Of a stretch of DNA of 64,000 bases, positions 20,890 through 30,292 are shown piece by piece. Source of the stretch: Candidatus Eiseniibacteriota bacterium (lineage in GTDB: Bacteria > Arandabacterota > Arandabacteria > Arandabacterales > Arandabacteraceae); assembly GCA_043810925.1 (NCBI GenBank), contig JBDRNT010000072.1, positions 1 through 64,000 of the forward strand, given 5' to 3'. A model generated the notes under the pieces. The model saw only the letters and a list, made by a program, of their open reading frames with translations, was not told the origin of the DNA and ran no database searches. The number at the start of each line of letters is the position of its first letter. The first letter of the stretch is position 1. The position numbers and the translations under genes were made by a program.

Positions 20890-21894
20890 TTAAAGGAGCT
20901 CTTCAGCTATCTGAACAGCATTGAGTGCGGCACCCTTGAGCAGATTGTCGCTTACAATCCACATGCACAGCGCATTCGGATGACCCGGGACGAGCCGTAG
21001 CCTCCCGACGAACGTATCGTCCTTGCCTGCACAGTTGAGCGGTGTTGGATACAGGTTGCGTGACGGGTCGTCCTCTACCGCGACTCCCGGCGCACGCTCA
21101 AGCACCCGCCTCGCCGCCACAAGGTCAACGGGACGGTCAAACTCGGCGTAAACCGCTTCGCTGTGGCCCCGGAATACCGGTACCCGGACAGCCGTGGCAA
21201 CAACGTCTATGGACTCATCCCCCAGGATCTTCCTGGTCTCGTTTACCATCTTCCGCTCTTCACGCGTCCAGCCTTCATCATCGAATGTGTCGATGTGAGG
21301 AATCAGGTTGAAGCCGATGGGATGCACGAATACGTCCGGCCCGGTGGCCGCGCCCTCAAGCAGCGAAGAGGACTGTGTCGCAAGCTCCCCGGCCGCGCGC
21401 AGACCCGCACCACTCACCGACTGATACGTTGAGACTATCACTCGTCTTAAGCCCCAGCGTCTGTGGAGAGGGGCAAGTGCCACCACCATCTGAATGGTCG
21501 AGCAATTGGGATTGGCAATTATGCCTGTGTGATGTTTAAGGTCTGCGGCATTGACCTCGGGTACGACAAGCGGTACATCCGCACGCATCCTGAGGGCGCT
21601 GCTATTGTCAATTACAGTGCATCCGGATTTTGCGATTGCCGCGGCGTGCCGTCTGCTGAACTCACCACCGGCTGCGAGGAAGCAGATGTCCGATCCTTCT
21701 GCCGCACCCGGACGAAATCGATGGATGTCGCAAGACCGTCCACCTAATGTGGTTTCTCTCTCGGGGTTTCTTCCTGAAGAAAAGAGCAGCAGCTCGCTCA
21801 GCGGGAATTTGCGTTTACAAAGAAGGCGTGCGATTTCGCTTCCGACAAGTCCTGTCGCACCGACGATGGAAACAACCCGTCTTCCCCTGGTCAC
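20890..21894 (-). CDS. asd: aspartate-semialdehyde dehydrogenase
   Basis: VGATGLVG, ANPNCST, STYQSVSGAG, DNLLKGAALNAVQIAE. Confidence 0.97.
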   Translation of the reverse strand: MTRGRRVVSIVGATGLVGSEIARLLCKRKFPLSELLLFSSGRNPERETTLGGRSCDIHRFRPGAAEGSDICFLAAGGEFSRRHAAAIAKSGCTVIDNSSALRMRADVPLVVPEVNAADLKHHTGIIANPNCSTIQMVVALAPLHRRWGLRRVIVSTYQSVSGAGLRAAGELATQSSSLLEGAATGPDVFVHPIGFNLIPHIDTFDDEGWTREERKMVNETRKILGDESIDVVATAVRVPVFRGHSEAVYAEFDRPVDLVAARRVLERAPGVAVEDDPSRNLYPTPLNCAGKDDTFVGRLRLVPGHPNALCMWIVSDNLLKGAALNAVQIAEELL

Positions 21895-21947
21895 CCGCTC
21901 TCCCTGTACTCGATCTTGCCGTCCTTGCGCTCGCCTTCACGGGCGAG

Positions 21948-21977
21948 ACTATACCAGCCGCCATCCGACAGTGTCAA
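21948..21977 (-). promoter_or_regulatory. sigma70-type promoter for asd operon
   Basis: TTGACA-N18-TATAGT on minus strand. Confidence 0.6.
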
Positions 21978-22117
21978 ACCCTTTCCCCAAAATCCATGGG
22001 GTCAGAGCTAGAAATGATCGCCCCGCGGCACCCTGGCGTCACAACCTGGCGGTCAGGTCTTTAAACCAGGCGTCGGCAATCTCCGTGACACCATGCTTGA
22101 TCATCCCCGATGATCTC

Positions 22118-23707
22118 CTACCCCGGGGTCAGACCCCGCAGTCTTCGAGTTCTGACCACAGACAGCGAGTGGCTCAACAGAGCCAGCACCAGCACGCCCA
22201 CCAGCACCCCGGTCTCAAGGTACTTGCCGGCCTTGAGATAAAGTGTCCCTCCCCTGCCCGCCACCACGTCGCCCGTAAGGATTTGACGCTCGAAGATATC
22301 GGTCTTCGACGTGATTCTGCCGTAGGGATCGACAAACATCGATATCCCCGTATTGGCACACCTCGCAAGCCCCACCCTGAACTCGACGGCTCTCATCACC
22401 GCCATCTGAGCATGCTGGAAGGGACCAAGGCTCGCGCCGAACCATTCGTCGTTGGTAATATTCACTATGAAGCCGGCTCCGTGCTCGACGAACCCTCTCA
22501 CCAGGTCGGGATAGATCGACTCAAAACAGATCGCAACGGCAAACTTGAGCGTGTCTAACTCAAACACCGTGTACTCGTCCCCCGGGGAAAAGTCCCCTTC
22601 TCCCAGATCTATCCGCCTCAGGATTTCGATCTTGTCTTCGAAGGGTATCATCTCTCCGAACGGCACAAGATGAATCTTCCTGTATTCGGCAAGCCGGCCG
22701 CTTGATGGGGTTACAAGCAACGCCGAATTGAAGAAACGGTACTGTTCGTCCTGCTCCTCGTAGTCGGGGAAACCAAGCAGCAGGGCCATTTCAAGGTCCT
22801 CCGCGAGCGCGATCACGTCATCGAGCGAGCGGGGTGAGTGCTTGAGGTGAAACGGGACGGCCGTCTCCGGCCAGACAACCATGTCCGAACCCCGCGAGTC
22901 AGCTGTCATCTCCCCCAGCAGCTGCATTGTGCCGTCCGCAAAGCCCTGATCCCACTTCACATTGCCGGATATGTTGGGCTGTATGAGCGAGAGCCTCGCG
23001 CTGCCTTCGGACCCGCTCCGGGACAGTGTTGTGAGCCCCCAGAGGACGGGGCCGCCGAAGGCCGCCACGGCCACCGCGAGGAACACAACCCGCCTCGACG
23101 CGATGAACCGCGAGAGAAGACCGTTTATCAGCACCACCCACGCCGAGAGACCGTAAAGACCTATGACCGAGGCCTGCTGGATCAGGGGAACATACGGAGT
23201 CTGACTGTAGCCGATGCTCACCCAGGGAAACCCAAGCGGACCCAGGGACCTCAAGTACTCTATCGCCCACCATGAGATAGCCAACGCGATTTCATACGGT
23301 ATACGTAACCTGATCAGTCTTCGTGTCACGTACCCTGTGATCAGCATGAAGATCGACAGGTAAAGACAGAGCACTATCGCCGCAGGCAGTCTCAGCCACG
23401 GTACGGTGATCTGCTCACGCTCAAGCATGGCAATCCAATAGAGGCTTCCCATGAAGTAGCCCATTCCGAAAACGAAGGAATTGAGCAGAAACCTCCCCCG
23501 TCCATCCCTTATACCCGAGAAGATTATGAACGGGATCAGAACAAAGAAGGCAAGGAAACCTGTCCGGTAGGGCCATAAGCAAAAGGAGACACAGAGCCCC
23601 GAGCAGGCACAGACAACTGCCGACAGACCGGCAGGACAAGAATGAGAGACGTTACGCACAGTGTTTGCGGGACCCCTATTACAGTGTGACCGCCAGACCC
23701 ACGACAC
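22118..23707 (-). CDS. lnt: apolipoprotein N-acyltransferase (start uncertain)
   Basis: GFPW, QPNI, VWPETA, YRKIHLVPFGE, ICFES, TNDEWF, ANTGIS. Confidence 0.95.
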   Translation of the reverse strand: MSWVWRSHCNRGPANTVRNVSHSCPAGLSAVVCACSGLCVSFCLWPYRTGFLAFFVLIPFIIFSGIRDGRGRFLLNSFVFGMGYFMGSLYWIAMLEREQITVPWLRLPAAIVLCLYLSIFMLITGYVTRRLIRLRIPYEIALAISWWAIEYLRSLGPLGFPWVSIGYSQTPYVPLIQQASVIGLYGLSAWVVLINGLLSRFIASRRVVFLAVAVAAFGGPVLWGLTTLSRSGSEGSARLSLIQPNISGNVKWDQGFADGTMQLLGEMTADSRGSDMVVWPETAVPFHLKHSPRSLDDVIALAEDLEMALLLGFPDYEEQDEQYRFFNSALLVTPSSGRLAEYRKIHLVPFGEMIPFEDKIEILRRIDLGEGDFSPGDEYTVFELDTLKFAVAICFESIYPDLVRGFVEHGAGFIVNITNDEWFGASLGPFQHAQMAVMRAVEFRVGLARCANTGISMFVDPYGRITSKTDIFERQILTGDVVAGRGGTLYLKAGKYLETGVLVGVLVLALLSHSLSVVRTRRLRGLTPG

Positions 23708-23759
23708 GCTTCGTGCGTGAGACTGAGAGGCTACCAGAGACGTATTCGCCCAGTCAACC

Positions 23760-24716
23760 TCATTCGTACCGTCGTATCCCGAGCCGCTGAAGCTTCCTGT
23801 GAAGACCCTGCCGTGACAGCCCGAGATGCCTTGCGGTCCGGCTCTTGTTCCATCCGCACGTGGCGAGTGCGTCCTGGATTATCTCCTTCTCGCACGCTTC
23901 CAACCTGGCCTTGAGCCCCCCCCCCGAACCCGGCTCTCCGGCGCGTTTTACGGAATTGAGGATTCTGGGTGATACTTCAACGCAAGTGACCGGTGTCCCG
24001 TCGTTTGACAGTGCGACCATTCGATGGATCTCGTTCTCCAGCTCCCGCACATTGCCGGGCCACTCATAATCGGAGAACAGACTCATAACCGCATCGGAGA
24101 GATCAGGTGCTTCTTTGCCGAGACGGAGGGCGTGCTTGGCGCTGAAGTGATCGCAAAGCACCGGTATGTCTTCTTTCCTTTCTCTCAGCGGCTCTAGGCT
24201 GAGCCTGAGCACGCTGATCCTGAAGAAAAGGTCTTCGCGGAACCTCCTGGTCCTCATCTCCTCTTCCAGTTTCTTGTTTGTTGCAGAAACGAACCTGACA
24301 TCCACGATGCTTACCTTGGTCTCGCCTACCCGCCGCAACTCGTTCTCCTGAAGAACCCTCAAGCACTTGGCCTGCATCGCAGGGGAAAGATCGCCTATCT
24401 CATCCAGGAAAAGCGTTCCCCCGTTGGCCGCTTCGAATATCCCGGGCTTGTCCCTGACCGCACCTGTGAAGGCACCCGCCTTGTAACCGAAGAACTCGCT
24501 TTCAAACAGAGTCTCAGGGACGGCTCCGCAGTTCACCGGGACGAACGGCCTCAGCCTGCGGTCACTCAGACTGTGTATCAGTTTCGCAATCAGTTCCTTA
24601 CCGGTACCGCTCTCACCTTCTATGAGGACGGGAGTCAACGTACGTGCGATCCTTCTCGAAGTGTCGATGACGAGTTCCATCGCCTTACTCGCAAAAATGA
24701 TTTCCGGTGGTTTCAT
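23760..24716 (-). CDS. sigma54-dependent activator (AAA+ and Fis HTH, no sensor domain)
   Basis: GESGTGKE, GAFTGA, LFLDEIG, WPGNVRELEN, C-terminal WNKSRTARHLGLSRQGLHRKL. Confidence 0.93.
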   Translation of the reverse strand: MKPPEIIFASKAMELVIDTSRRIARTLTPVLIEGESGTGKELIAKLIHSLSDRRLRPFVPVNCGAVPETLFESEFFGYKAGAFTGAVRDKPGIFEAANGGTLFLDEIGDLSPAMQAKCLRVLQENELRRVGETKVSIVDVRFVSATNKKLEEEMRTRRFREDLFFRISVLRLSLEPLRERKEDIPVLCDHFSAKHALRLGKEAPDLSDAVMSLFSDYEWPGNVRELENEIHRMVALSNDGTPVTCVEVSPRILNSVKRAGEPGSGGGLKARLEACEKEIIQDALATCGWNKSRTARHLGLSRQGLHRKLQRLGIRRYE

Positions 24717-24736
24717 GGTTGGAAATAAGGGCAGGA

Positions 24737-25756
24737 CTATTCGATCGTTACTTCCCCGCCACCCTCAACAACCTCCCCGACTACCCTTGACGACCGAGTC
24801 TGTTTCATCACTTCCGGAAGATGTGAATTCGATACCATGAGTAACATGCCAAGACCCATGTTAAACACACGGAACATCTCGCTCTCACTGACGGGCCCAC
24901 TCCGCCCTATCAGCTCGAACACAGCCGGCACGCGCCACAGAGCCTTCTTAAGCACCGCACCGCAACCCGGCGGTAAGACCCGTTTCAGGTTGCCTGCTAT
25001 TCCACCACCCGTGATGTGAGCAATGCCGGTAAGCAGGTCTTTCTCTACCAGAGGGTAGACCTCCTTGAAATAGTTTGTGTGGGGCTTCAGAAGAACCTCT
25101 CCGAGTGACTGTCTCCATCCATCCGGGTGTCCATCAAGCTTCATTCTGCGCTTCGTAAGCAGAACCTGCCTGGCAAGGCTGAACCCGTTGGTGTGAAGAC
25201 CGTTCGACGGCAGTCCCACTACGAGGTTGCCTTTCCTTATCCTGGATCCGTCAAGCGCCCGCCGCTTCGACACCAGTCCGATAATAAAACCGGCAAGATC
25301 ATACTCGCCCTTCCTGTAAACTCCCGGCATCTCAGCCGTCTCCCCGCCGATCAGCTGGATACCGTACTTCCTGCACTCGCCTGCAATCCCCCCCACGATT
25401 TGTTTGAAAATCGTGGGATCGATCTTGTCGAAGGCCAGATAGTCCATGAAGGCAACAGGTCTTCCACCCAGGCAGAGGATGTCATTGACGCAGTGAGCAA
25501 CTATGTCTTTGCCGATCCCGCTGTGCCGGCCGAACTCCTTTGCGACCTTGACCTTGGTCCCCACACCGTCGACACTGGCAACGATCATCCCACCCGCTCC
25601 CCCCATGCCCTTCAGCTCGAGCATCCCTGCAAACAGACCGCCGCCGCTGGATTCGCTTGAGGCCGCCAGCTCCTTCTTGACCACGCGCATCAGTTTGTCG
25701 TACTCGCCCAGATCCACCCCCGATTGCGCATACGTGATCTTCTTCATAGCCACCAT
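24737..25756 (-). CDS. purM: AIR synthetase
   Basis: YAQSGVD, DGVGTK, GGETAEMPG, SNGLHTNGFSL, HITGGG, FNMGLG. Confidence 0.96.
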   Translation of the reverse strand: MVAMKKITYAQSGVDLGEYDKLMRVVKKELAASSESSGGGLFAGMLELKGMGGAGGMIVASVDGVGTKVKVAKEFGRHSGIGKDIVAHCVNDILCLGGRPVAFMDYLAFDKIDPTIFKQIVGGIAGECRKYGIQLIGGETAEMPGVYRKGEYDLAGFIIGLVSKRRALDGSRIRKGNLVVGLPSNGLHTNGFSLARQVLLTKRRMKLDGHPDGWRQSLGEVLLKPHTNYFKEVYPLVEKDLLTGIAHITGGGIAGNLKRVLPPGCGAVLKKALWRVPAVFELIGRSGPVSESEMFRVFNMGLGMLLMVSNSHLPEVMKQTRSSRVVGEVVEGGGEVTIE

Positions 25757-25880
25757 CCTGCCCTTGCATTTAGCATGCCTTCTTACCGCTTATGCATTCT
25801 GCTATTGCCTTCAATGATGGTCAACAGAATTCGGGCACCCGGTGTAGGAATGTGAACACCACCGTAACTGCGGGGACACT

Positions 25881-26570
25881 CTAGGTTTCATCAAAGGGCG
25901 TGACTTCGTATTCGATACGTTCCGCCTGCGGCGTTATCTCCACGATCCGGTTGCAGGCATCGAGGGCGGCAAGGGCGGCCGCCTCCTGCTCATCTTCATC
26001 AAACTGGACACAACCCGCCAGATCCTTGACACCTCTCTCATGCACACAGGTGGCAAGAGCGATGAGGGCTTCCCTTCCACCCGCGCTGAGCTTTATGACG
26101 TCCAGCAATTCGAATTCGACACGTTCCTCAAGGAGTTTCTCGACGGCATGAAAAGTGGCTCGCGCTATGAGCCGGAGCCGGCCGAGACCCGCGGCGACAC
26201 CGGACGCCTCACCGGTGACCTCAAGATCATCACGCTCAAGCACCACCTCACACCGTCCCCTGCCAGCGGACGCGGCGAACTTCATGGAAACGAATCTCGG
26301 TCTTGTACCTTTGGTCAGCATCTGCTCCTGTTCGGGATCGAGCTGCGCAACAGAGACCTTTCTGTGATCGATCTTCACACCGAAATCGGCAAGAAGAACC
26401 GACTCGACGTCACGCACGATCTGTTTGGGAGCCCGCTTGGAACGCGACACTATGTGAACAGCATCAATAGTGCCGTCCTCCCCAAATTCGATCTTGCAGG
26501 ATCCAACATCGGGTAGGGCGTTAATCGCCTGTTTAATCTGTCTCTCCGGAACGTCCCGCCGCTGCGCCAA
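25881..26570 (-). CDS. conserved hypothetical protein; C-terminal half resembles the LeuA regulatory fold
   Basis: TTG start with GGAGG SD and upstream promoter; PKQIVRDVES and ALAALDACNR motifs. Confidence 0.7.
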   Translation of the reverse strand: MAQRRDVPERQIKQAINALPDVGSCKIEFGEDGTIDAVHIVSRSKRAPKQIVRDVESVLLADFGVKIDHRKVSVAQLDPEQEQMLTKGTRPRFVSMKFAASAGRGRCEVVLERDDLEVTGEASGVAAGLGRLRLIARATFHAVEKLLEERVEFELLDVIKLSAGGREALIALATCVHERGVKDLAGCVQFDEDEQEAAALAALDACNRIVEITPQAERIEYEVTPFDET

Positions 26571-26602
26571 CCTTGCCTCCCCGCTTGCCTAGACAGGCTC
26601 GT

Positions 26603-26631
26603 ATCATACCACAAATCCGCCGTTTTCGCAA
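26603..26631 (-). promoter_or_regulatory. sigma70-type promoter for the hypothetical gene
   Basis: TTGCGA-N17-TATGAT on minus strand. Confidence 0.5.
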
Positions 26632-26732
26632 CCCCCTACATACCCCCATCCCCCGGGGTCACCCTTGGAGTCAGGTCTTGACATTAAGCGTTTTCCTCCG
26701 GGTGCCGGAGCAGGTAAATCGAAGGCACAAGA

Positions 26733-26922
26733 GACGTAGCCGAAGTGCCTTCAAGCGAAGCTGATCGTGAGGAACATGATGCGCCAAGACTGCAGGAACC
26801 CGCTGGTGCATCTTTTGGGCCGCAAGCGAATGCCTCATTTTGAGCAGGCGGAGCGAAAGATGCACCAGCGTTCACCATACCGAAACGATCAGCCTGAGCG
26901 TAGAAGGCCACTTCGGTGCGTT
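26733..26922. repeat. long rod-shaped hairpin element, copy 1 (structured ncRNA or REP-like repeat)
   Basis: Nested perfect stems 26740-47/26909-16, 26748-52/26903-07, 26760-68/26885-93, 26801-15/26856-70; apical CGCAAGCGAATGCCT shared with 40239-40253. Confidence 0.7.
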
Positions 26923-28540
26923 AGCCCCCGGTGGCGAGGCTCCAGACTCTATCCCAGCGAATGTTGGGAGAGCCTTTGAGGAGGTTAAACGTGAAGCCAT
27001 CCAGGGTCGCGGGTATATAGTCCCGCTCGAGGAACCCGGAGGCATCATCGGGGTCTTGCCAGAGTTGGACGACGACATCGGGTCTGAGCTCGCCTATTGA
27101 ATACGCATAGTCCCACTTGAGGTGACCGGGGTAAAAGGCAACAAGTCTCTCAGGACCCGAGGTCGTTCTCATCCTGAGCCGGGCGATCCGCTTGTCGTTC
27201 TTACCAAGTATGCTCACTGTGTTGAGATTTGAAAAGTACGGGATGGCACCGTCCCATACAACTGCGATACTCGCATCGTCCCCGGTGATCTTGGATACAA
27301 CCAGCGCCCGCTCCACCATCTTCTCATTCTTGTCCACGTGAAGGGTCCGCTTGAAGAGAAGCACCTCGGTTATTGCGGCAGGACCGTAAATCGCGTTGAA
27401 GCTCACGCAACTGAGTACCACGACGACCAGCCACGCCCGCCATGCATACGACCTCATCTGCTCCCCACCGGCCTCCGGTCTGGCTGCAAGAATCAGTTTC
27501 TCCGCCAGCGAGCCCAGTTTCCCGACTCCACAGAAGAACGCCACGAAAAAGAGCGGCATCGCTATGCTTATATACCTGTTGCTGCCTCCCCATGACTCCC
27601 ACGCGTCCCCACCCACGTAGATGCTGTACGCGATCTGGACAAGGAAGAAGGTGAACATGAGCACGGTGGCCTTCATACGTTTTCCCACGAGCAGGACGAA
27701 TGGTACCAGGAATAGGACCCAGTTCAACCGCCAGATGAAAACAAACGCGACATAGAGCCCCCGCGTAAGCCTGAGGAAAAACGGATACCCGGTAATCTTC
27801 AGGTAGTAGCTGTTCGGCAGGAACTCGCCGTAATACAGTGACCTGAAGATCGTCTGGCCCAGACCGGCGGCAGCGAACAGCGAGATACCGACAAGCAGAT
27901 GTCTCCTCCGGTGCGCGCGATCGGCGGCCGCCATGAAGATAAGCAAGCCGAGAAACGGAACCGCAATATCCAGCCTCACCAACATGCCGATCAGGAGCAG
28001 CACATACGGCCGGATCGAAAACCGTCCACCTTGAAGTGACCTGATAGCTGCCAGGGCAGCCAGACTCAGGAGCAGTGCCAGTACTCCCACCTCCATTCCC
28101 TGGAGACTCCACCCGTTCAGCGGCAGGTAGAAGGCGGTCACAAGGACCGCGCCCAGCCAGACCAGCCGCGAGTTTCCGGAAACGGCACAGGCGATCTTCT
28201 TGACAACGATGAGATTTAAGAGCAGGAACAGGGCACTGCTGACCTGGACGAGCAGACTGGTCTTGGACTTCGCCACGGGCACAAGGTGAAGTGCGGACAT
28301 ATACAGCGTCCACAGGAGATTGGTGTACCCCTCCACCCTCTCCTCCCCGACGTTCCAGACAAGGCCGTCACCGTCTGCGAAGTGTCTGGCATACCGCATG
28401 GAGATCATGGCGTCATCAAACAGGGAGAAATACCGCTCACCATCGATGACGAAGCTGGTTCTATAGATAAAGAGGGAGGCGTAAACACAAAACACGACGG
28501 CAACGATCAGGAATGCTCTGTCTATCCTGTGGCGTCCCAC
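26921..28540 (-). CDS. multi-pass GT-C-like glycosyltransferase (AftB/PMT-like)
   Basis: DDAMISMRYARH..GDGLVWN.GEERVEGYTNLLW loop, GMEVG, YYGEFLPNSYY.K, many TM segments. Confidence 0.7.
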   Translation of the reverse strand: MGRHRIDRAFLIVAVVFCVYASLFIYRTSFVIDGERYFSLFDDAMISMRYARHFADGDGLVWNVGEERVEGYTNLLWTLYMSALHLVPVAKSKTSLLVQVSSALFLLLNLIVVKKIACAVSGNSRLVWLGAVLVTAFYLPLNGWSLQGMEVGVLALLLSLAALAAIRSLQGGRFSIRPYVLLLIGMLVRLDIAVPFLGLLIFMAAADRAHRRRHLLVGISLFAAAGLGQTIFRSLYYGEFLPNSYYLKITGYPFFLRLTRGLYVAFVFIWRLNWVLFLVPFVLLVGKRMKATVLMFTFFLVQIAYSIYVGGDAWESWGGSNRYISIAMPLFFVAFFCGVGKLGSLAEKLILAARPEAGGEQMRSYAWRAWLVVVVLSCVSFNAIYGPAAITEVLLFKRTLHVDKNEKMVERALVVSKITGDDASIAVVWDGAIPYFSNLNTVSILGKNDKRIARLRMRTTSGPERLVAFYPGHLKWDYAYSIGELRPDVVVQLWQDPDDASGFLERDYIPATLDGFTFNLLKGSPNIRWDRVWSLATGG

Positions 28541-28576
28541 CTTACTGCGTCACCCCCGTGGGTCATCGTCACTCTC

Positions 28577-28927
28577 TCAACAACGATCCATTCCGCTGAT
28601 ACCCTTGAACTTGAGGTCGAGGTCCTTGAGTGCCTCTCTTGCTGTGTCGACCTCATCCTTTTTCACCATGAGCACCGCCGGATCCGCAAGCGGCCGGATG
28701 AGCAGGAAGTGCTCACCTCTGACAAAGTAGGTTATGTCCTCTCCATCAAGGATGGATTTTATCATTGCGATGTCGGCTGGATTGAAGGTCCTTAAGACTT
28801 CTTCGTACTCGACGTACTCGGCTACTTCGCGGGTCTCCGGCGGCTGATCCCAAACAAGGGGAACCATGCAATCGGCGCACTCATTGAACCCCTCCCTGTA
28901 TTCGGCTCCGCACTTGGGACAGAACAT
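28577..28927 (-). CDS. zinc-ribbon + DUF2007-like protein
   Basis: MFCPKCGAEYREGFNECADC then IAMIKSILDGEDI. Confidence 0.75.
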   Translation of the reverse strand: MFCPKCGAEYREGFNECADCMVPLVWDQPPETREVAEYVEYEEVLRTFNPADIAMIKSILDGEDITYFVRGEHFLLIRPLADPAVLMVKKDEVDTAREALKDLDLKFKGISGMDRC

Positions 28928-28964
28928 TGAAGTCACCCCCGACATCCGTTCACACCGGGAAAGG

Positions 28965-29720
28965 TCAGACGCGTTTTACGCAGACCAGCAAGGGAACGCT
29001 CTCTCCACCCTCTGTCTCATCATCGAAACTCATCTGTTTGACGTCGAATCCTACTGATCTCAGGTTGTCGTACCATAGATTGAGAGTGAAGATCCCGCAG
29101 AGATGACGATCGGTTTCAATCTTGAGTTCACCCCGCTCACGTATGAGATATGTGAGTGTCGACTCGTAAGTGGAATCCGATGGGTCAGGATCATAATAAT
29201 TCTCAATGAAGGCGATCTCGATGTCACCCTTCTTGCGGGTCATGATCCTGGTACGGTTTTGCTTGAAGCCCTGCATGGTCTGCTCGACAAATGTGAGCAG
29301 GACTCCACCCGGTCTAAGATGGCCGTAGGCCGTCTGAAATGCATCCCTCAGATCATCCTGAGTCAGCATGTAGTTGACCGAATCAAGGATTGCAACCGCG
29401 TCAAACTGCCTATCCAACCTCACCGAGCGCATGTCACCCTCATGATACATCACCTCAGGGTTGAGCCTCCTCGCAAGGTCCAGCATCGGAGTGCTGACGT
29501 CGACACCCGTTACATTGAAGTGAAGCTTCAAGGTGTGATCGTTGTGGCCGCCCCCACAGCCTAGATGGAGTAACGACCTTTCACCTATCGATGCGTGCTG
29601 GCTTATCACGCGCGCGAAGTTCTCGCTCTCGCCGACATATTCCTCAGGTGGACTTATTATCGGCCAAGTCCAGGCCAAATCATCATAGAGCCGACGCTGA
29701 TCTTTCGCTGAAGCCTCCAC
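28965..29720 (-). CDS. class I SAM-dependent methyltransferase
   Basis: LLHLGCGGG, TGVDVS, EGDMR, HLRPGG; GTG start with GGAGG SD chosen (ORF is open to 29759). Confidence 0.88.
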   Translation of the reverse strand: MEASAKDQRRLYDDLAWTWPIISPPEEYVGESENFARVISQHASIGERSLLHLGCGGGHNDHTLKLHFNVTGVDVSTPMLDLARRLNPEVMYHEGDMRSVRLDRQFDAVAILDSVNYMLTQDDLRDAFQTAYGHLRPGGVLLTFVEQTMQGFKQNRTRIMTRKKGDIEIAFIENYYDPDPSDSTYESTLTYLIRERGELKIETDRHLCGIFTLNLWYDNLRSVGFDVKQMSFDDETEGGESVPLLVCVKRV

Positions 29721-29798
29721 GGCTATCCTCCCGCTGACAGGTGCCATTCTATTCCGCACCCCGGATCAAATCAACTCCAATCTCTATCTTCCAGCAGA

Positions 29799-29945
29799 GC
29801 TCAAGTCCTGTCAGGCCTGCCGAAGATCGACTGCGGGTGCTGTGGTACTCCAAGTTGCCTTGCCTTCGCTGAAGATATCGTACGCGGGCAGGCCAGGATT
29901 GAAGACTGTATCTATATGGGAGGTATGAAAGACAGGAAGAGGTGA
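29799..29945 (+). pseudogene. 5'-truncated fragment of a four-Cys Fe-S domain
   Basis: Hand translation LPKIDCGCCGTPSCLAFAEDIVRGQARIEDCIY; no ATG/GTG/TTG between the in-frame stop at 29709 and the motif. Confidence 0.65.
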
Positions 29946-30140
29946 CCGAAGATCCAGGAAAGGTGAGATCTGGAAAGGAAGCTCAGGAGTCACTGGCCCG
30001 AAGAAGGGTAAGGCAAGGGCTCCAACCCCAACCCCACAGAAACCGGAACCGACTGCCAGCTGCTATAACCTTATCCTCTAAGACCCGTGGTCTCTGCCTC
30101 TTGTGCCATACGGACAATGCGGGCCATTCACTGAATTTGC

Positions 30141-30169
30141 TTGACTCTATATCAATTCTGTGCTAATCT
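30141..30169 (+). promoter_or_regulatory. sigma70-type promoter for the secreted protein
   Basis: TTGACT-N17-TAATCT with TGn extension. Confidence 0.55.
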
Positions 30170-30292
30170 CCGGCCGCTAGCGAGCAGAAAGTTTGTTAAT
30201 TACGCGATCCCGGTCCAAGGAGGTGGTGTTCGGGCGACAAATCATGGGTAAAGGTGTTTTGGGATAAGGGTGGACCTGGCAAGGAGGAACCA

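Noticed and set aside
21980-22117. Intergenic stretch upstream of asd as a lysine riboswitch or tRNA
   Set aside because: Lies upstream of the predicted promoter; no L-box or cloverleaf features recognised
25764-25780. Sigma54-like GG-N10-GC (AGGCATGCTAAATGCA) above purM
   Set aside because: The implied start site would fall at the start codon; a sigma70-like TTGACC-N17-CAGAAT further upstream is an alternative
26671-26979. Short ORFs over hairpin copy 1
   Set aside because: No motifs; the nested base-pairing explains the region better
27324-28313. 329 aa alternative-frame minus ORF
   Set aside because: Nested in the GT-C gene; Arg/Gly-rich composition typical of off-frame translation
29925-30010. 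Two in-frame TGA codons after the Fe-S remnant (selenocysteine readthrough?)
   Set aside because: TGAs are not at Cys-like positions and I see no SECIS-like hairpin; HdrA and MvhD here use Cys
30175-30292. Leader with an extra AAGGAGGT and GGTCCA/TGGACC pairing (uORF or riboswitch?)
   Set aside because: No start codon at normal SD spacing and no riboswitch consensus recognised
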